A DNA stretch of 64,000 bases from Dirinaria sp. TL-2023a (Eukaryota): the NCBI GenBank assembly GCA_051941275.1, contig JAVEBF010000003.1, positions 1 through 64,000 of the forward strand, read 5' to 3'. The notes under the pieces are model-generated. The model saw nothing but the letters and a program-made list of their open reading frames with translations. It made no database searches and was not told the origin of the DNA. Made by a program: the position numbers and the translations under genes. Positions 61,696 through 64,000 of the stretch are shown here, one piece after another (position 1 is the stretch's first letter; the number at the start of each line of letters is the position of its first letter).

Positions 61696-62997
61696 ATGTC
61701 AACGCAACACGCAACCCCGGATCATCGACAACGGTACGAAGGTGACGACAGCGTACGTTCGAGCACCCAGCTTGCAGATTCCGGATCAGACAGCTATAAT
61801 GACAGCGCTCTTGACCTGGAAGGGCAAAGAAGTAGGGACGAGGAAAGTCGAGACAGGAGTGCTGCAGAATACTACGTTCCTACCGGCACCAAATACGTCT
61901 ATCTTGGCCTATACTTCGCTCTCAACCTCGCGCTCACAATGTACAACAAAGTCGTGCTGGGCAAGGTGCATCAGCCCCCTTTTCCCCTCTCCCCTCTATC
62001 CCACAATTCAGCATTTTGTCTCATAATTCTCTGACTGACTGCCATTCCTTCGCAGTTCGCCTTCCCATGGCTACTCACGACCATTCATACTGGGATTGCG
62101 TCCATTGGCTGCTACATCCTACTCCTGAAAGGCCAATTCAGTCTGACCAGACTAACGAGACAAGAGAACCTCCTGTTGTTCGCTTTTTCCATGCTTTACA
62201 CCGTCAACATTGCCATTTCTAACGTATCGCTGTGGGTTGCGCACAATGAAGAACCCCACAAGTGCGGAGAGCTAACCGTGAATGTCCACAGAGCGATGGT
62301 CTCACTGCCTTTCCATCAGACCCTGCGGTCGACATGTCCTATGGTCGCCGTTCTCATCTACCGCGTCCACTATCGCCGTCGGTATGCAACAGCAACTTAT
62401 CTCTCATTGATCCCTCTGGTTCTCGGCGTGAGCTTAGCGACTTATGGTGACTATTACTTCACGCCTGGTGGATTCTTCCTTTCGTTGCTCGGGGTCATCC
62501 TTGCCTCGCTCAAAACCGTTGCTTCGAACCGACTCATGACGGGCAATCTTGCGCTACCGGCGCTGGAGCTTTTGTTGCGCATGTCACCCTTGGCCTCCCT
62601 ACAATCACTGGTCTATTCCATGTCGACTGGAGAAGCTCGGAAGTTCGTCGCTTTTGTGGGCGTTGGTGATCTGACCACAGGTCATTGCCTAGCTTTGACG
62701 GGTAACGGCATACTCGCCTTTCTGCTCAGTGTAGCCTCACTGTATACCAACAAATTGGCGGGAGCGCTGACCATGACTGTTTGTGCCAACCTGAAACAGT
62801 GTCTGACTGTATTGTTAGGCATTCTAATATTCAATGTCCGAGTGGGTGTTCTCAATGGATACGGTATGTTGATTACGCTTGTCGGCGCTGCAGTATACAG
62901 CAAAGTGGAACTGGATTCGAAGGGTAAAATCATGGCTGCTGCACCAAACATACCAGACACACTCAAAGGCCAGGGGCCGGGCACCCGGGAAAAATGA
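61696..62997 (+). CDS. Triose-phosphate/nucleotide-sugar transporter (TPT/DMT) family protein
   Basis: YFALNLALTMYNK, FAFPWLLTTIH, LYTVNIAISNVSL, LLLRMSPLA and AGALTMTVCANLKQ. Two introns (about 61966-62055 and 62232-62291). Confidence 0.88.
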
Positions 62998-63710
62998 GAG
63001 CGGAATTCCCGGCGGAGCGACGGCGGCTTTTGCTGCAGGATTGATCTCACCAATAGCATATTGTCATAGCAGGAATAGCATACGCAACAGATAATGCTCC
63101 ACATGTAGACCAGCTTTATCAATTTACCTAAGTCCAGGCATCCGTGGTGCCATTTTTTGAAGCCATGGCTACACCACTTCGAGCGCAGACGACGCTGGCT
63201 TCAGGTGTAGGTAGGCCCTTAGATTATGCTGAGATACGGATGATTGCGTTGGGAGTTTCTTGCTCTCCGTGAGACACGCTTACTTTTCTTGCAGTTGATG
63301 AAGCTCGTTCGCTAAGAGAAGCAATTTTGGGCTGGTAATCTTGCTCTAATGTAGATTCATCTGCTAATATCTAAAGCAAGTATCGAATTAAAACGACAGC
63401 CATGTTTGAAAAGCTCGAAAGAAATCATCGCGTAGATGAAGAAATGATAGGGATCAGTGACGCAAGTAACCAGTCATTCCCACCTGCATCTACGCCAATA
63501 CCAAAGCCGGTGACGAGGATGTTGGGATAGAAGATCGCAGAAGGTAGATCGACGTCAACAGCAAGAGCACAGGGGCCCTCACGGTCACCTCGAATACCGA
63601 GCCCAGCGGGAAAGAAGCCAGCGGCTAAATGAAGACACTCACATGAGCGAACTTGAGGCTTAGCGCGACGCTAATAGTACCAAAGACTTTCCGCTGGGGT
63701 GGCGATATGC

Positions 63711-64000
63711 TCACTGGTTCTCGCCACTGTTCGTATTGTTGGCTGGAGCAGCCACCTCAGTGTTGCTGTCGTTAGATGGAGGCCACTGGTAGTTGGTCGG
63801 ACGTGGCGCAGCCTGAGGGTATGAGGTGTAGGGGAGGTATGGAGGCGGTGCTGTAGGATACTGCATGGAGCTCGTACCATTCGGCATATAGGGAGTTCCG
63901 TGCATCTGTAGTCCAGAGCTTGGCTCATTATCCCCTGAGATGGTCGCCTGAGGGAAGTACTGCCCGTATTGGGTCTGGTTGAACGCTGAATAGTAAGGGT
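63711..64000 (-). CDS. 3' end of an unknown gene running off the window (P/Y/Q-rich low-complexity C-terminus)
   Basis: Frame is open from the window edge (PYYSAFNQTQYGQYFPQ..MHGTPYMP..GENQ) to TGA at 63711. Confidence 0.4.
   Translation of the reverse strand, partial: PYYSAFNQTQYGQYFPQATISGDNEPSSGLQMHGTPYMPNGTSSMQYPTAPPPYLPYTSYPQAAPRPTNYQWPPSNDSNTEVAAPANNTNSGENQ

Noticed and set aside
1..64000. CRISPR array, rRNA/tRNA genes, secondary-metabolite cluster, intact transposon
   Set aside because: No regularly spaced repeat-spacer units, no recognisable structural RNA motifs, and no PKS, NRPS, terpene synthase, transposase or reverse transcriptase ORFs were seen.

Overview
Eukaryotic, intron-rich DNA from a filamentous ascomycete (Pezizomycotina), judged by GT-AG introns of about 45-140 nt with CTRAC branch points and by the gene content. 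About 25 protein-coding loci can be reconstructed by hand: Rab5/Vps21-type GTPase, GST, HerA/FtsK-like P-loop ATPase, Ure2-class GST with two in-frame TAG stops, ABC1/UbiB kinase, palI, GPI2, CPD1, EB1/BIM1, F-box/WD40 protein, gaaA, GH47 mannosidase, two MFS transporters, TOK1 channel, group-5 septin, Vps62-like protein, annexin C4, grg1 and a TPT-family transporter, plus several unknowns. No rRNA, tRNA, CRISPR array or recognisable transposon was found. The most unusual observations are: (i) an apparently spliced transcript at about 0.7-1.7 kb whose best ORF is a 21-aa Pro/Lys-rich micropeptide; (ii) an accessory-looking block at 3.8-10.3 kb containing a GST, the HerA-like ATPase and the stop-interrupted GST; (iii) recurrent palindromic TACCTTAGGTA and GTACGAGTAC motif clusters upstream of many genes. 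All gene calls rest on motif recognition only, and no database searches were run.
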